Source of the DNA: a virus
Lineage: Duplodnaviria > Caudoviricetes
DNA: 24,547 nucleotides
Virus record (IMG/VR): IMGVR_UViG_3300043781_000061
Coordinates: 1-24,547 of that record
Strand: one strand, 5' to 3'
Shown here: piece after piece, positions 23,459 through 24,547 of the stretch
Layout: each line of letters opens with the position of its first letter
Position numbering within the stretch: the first letter of the stretch is position 1
Made by a program: the position numbers and the translations under genes
Notes under the pieces: model-generated
Told to the model about the DNA's origin: nothing
Databases searched by the model: none
Seen by the model: the letters and a program-made list of their open reading frames with translations, nothing else

Positions 23459-24547
23459 ATGAGTTATGCAAGAAAAGCTAATAAGGGTTACTACGGATAT
23501 GCCAGTTACCAAGATAACGATGGCAATTGGCACCAGAAATCAGCAGGGTGTTTCAAGTTAAAGCGGGAAGCACTAGCGGCAGCCGATGAGTTGGAAACTA
23601 AATTGGGCCAAGTTAATCTTGACTTGAAAGATGTAACGCTAGCTGAATACTTCCAACACTGGTTCAAACTGTATAAGGCCAGCAAGGCTCAAAGCGCCAG
23701 CGCCCGGAATCAGTATCGAATCATGTTAAAAATGATTAACGAGTATTGGAAAGATACCCGGCTGTGTGATATTAAACGGTCAGACTACCAAGCCTTTATT
23801 AACTGGTATGGTGCTGACCATGCTTATAAGTCAGTCAGCAAGTTAAATGGTGCCATTAGGGCAGCGGTTAGTTATGCGATTGATGATGATGTCATCACTA
23901 AGGATTTTACCCATAACGTCACGGTGACTTATAACCGTGATAAAAAAGTTAAAGTCCAGTATTTAACTAATGATGAGTTAGCCACCCTTAAAACTGCTGT
24001 GTTAGCTAAGCTGAACCGGTATAATACAAGCCGTTACATGATATTAACGGCGATTTACACGGGGATGAGAAAAAGTGAAGTCCAGGCTTTGACGTGGAAA
24101 GATATTGACTTCTTGCATTCCACCATCCGGGTGAATAAGTCCTGGGACGAAAAGAAAAAGGCTTTTAAGTCCACTAAAACGGAATCAAGCAACCGGACCA
24201 TCAAGGTTAACCGGCAACTGCTGAATCATTTAGCAGACTTAAAAGCCAATAACAGCGTTATGGTATTTCAGAATGTATTAGGAACCATCCCCACCAGTAA
24301 CGCCCTAAATAAATGTCTACGCTCTATTATGGCGTCATGTGGTATCGAAAAGCAAGGCTTTCATTTCCACTCACTGCGTCACGTCCATGTAGCCTATTTA
24401 TTAGGGCAGGGCGTGGATGTTTACGCCATTAGCAAGCGTCTAGGCCATTCTAATATCACTGTGACGCTTAACACTTACTCATATTTGATTGATGAGTACA
24501 AGGCAAAAAACGACACGCTTATCATTGACAAGCTGGCCCAACTTTAA
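23459..24547 (+). CDS. int: Tyrosine integrase of element 2
   Basis: YTGMRKSE, KT, FHSLRHVH, RLGHSN, Y signature; RBS AGGAGGT; long identical blocks with the element 1 integrase. Confidence 0.96.
   Translation: MSYARKANKGYYGYASYQDNDGNWHQKSAGCFKLKREALAAADELETKLGQVNLDLKDVTLAEYFQHWFKLYKASKAQSASARNQYRIMLKMINEYWKDTRLCDIKRSDYQAFINWYGADHAYKSVSKLNGAIRAAVSYAIDDDVITKDFTHNVTVTYNRDKKVKVQYLTNDELATLKTAVLAKLNRYNTSRYMILTAIYTGMRKSEVQALTWKDIDFLHSTIRVNKSWDEKKKAFKSTKTESSNRTIKVNRQLLNHLADLKANNSVMVFQNVLGTIPTSNALNKCLRSIMASCGIEKQGFHFHSLRHVHVAYLLGQGVDVYAISKRLGHSNITVTLNTYSYLIDEYKAKNDTLIIDKLAQL

Larger units (their letters stand above)
14335..24547. mobile_element. Element 2: capsid-less PICI-like satellite (right boundary beyond the window)
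   Basis: Starts at the att core and has the same layout as element 1. Related integrase, repressor, xis-like genes, primase plus VapE helicase, iteron ori, ArpU-like and TerS-like genes; no structural genes. Confidence 0.85.

Noticed and set aside
474-24547. One large defective prophage
   Set aside because: An internal att core, two integrases, two repressor/xis switches and two replication modules with separate origins show two independent elements.

Overview
The window starts with the 3' end of a host gene and a tRNA-Glu(CTC) gene. Two different phage satellites are integrated in tandem at the 3' end of that tRNA. The host is probably a lactobacillus (inferred from gene style and RBS/promoter usage). 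Element 1 (474-14355, about 13.9 kb) is bounded by a 21-bp direct repeat. It looks like a capsid-forming PICI: integrase, XRE repressor, Xis-like HTH, Prim-Pol, D5/P4-type helicase, ori, head-closure protein, HNH, TerS, TerL, portal, protease-capsid fusion, ArpU/RinA-like activator and head-tail connector, with no tail or lysis genes. Element 2 (14335 to past the window end) is a capsid-less PICI-like element: related integrase, repressor, two Xis-like HTHs, NrS-1-like primase, VapE helicase, ori, ArpU-like and TerS-like proteins, and a type I toxin-antitoxin-like locus. The most interesting signals are non-coding. (i) Both elements repeat the integrase leader just behind the xis gene, in front of a conserved unannotated small membrane protein, which suggests an antisense switch between the divergent transcripts. 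(ii) A back-to-back array of different operator-like palindromes sits upstream of the element 2 integrase. (iii) Both elements have counter-transcript-like RNA units upstream of the replication module. (iv) A promoter-driven ~200-nt RNA ends in a T-arm plus CCA. (v) Each element has its own integrase arm repeats and a symmetric iteron origin. Family calls come from motif recognition, not database searches.
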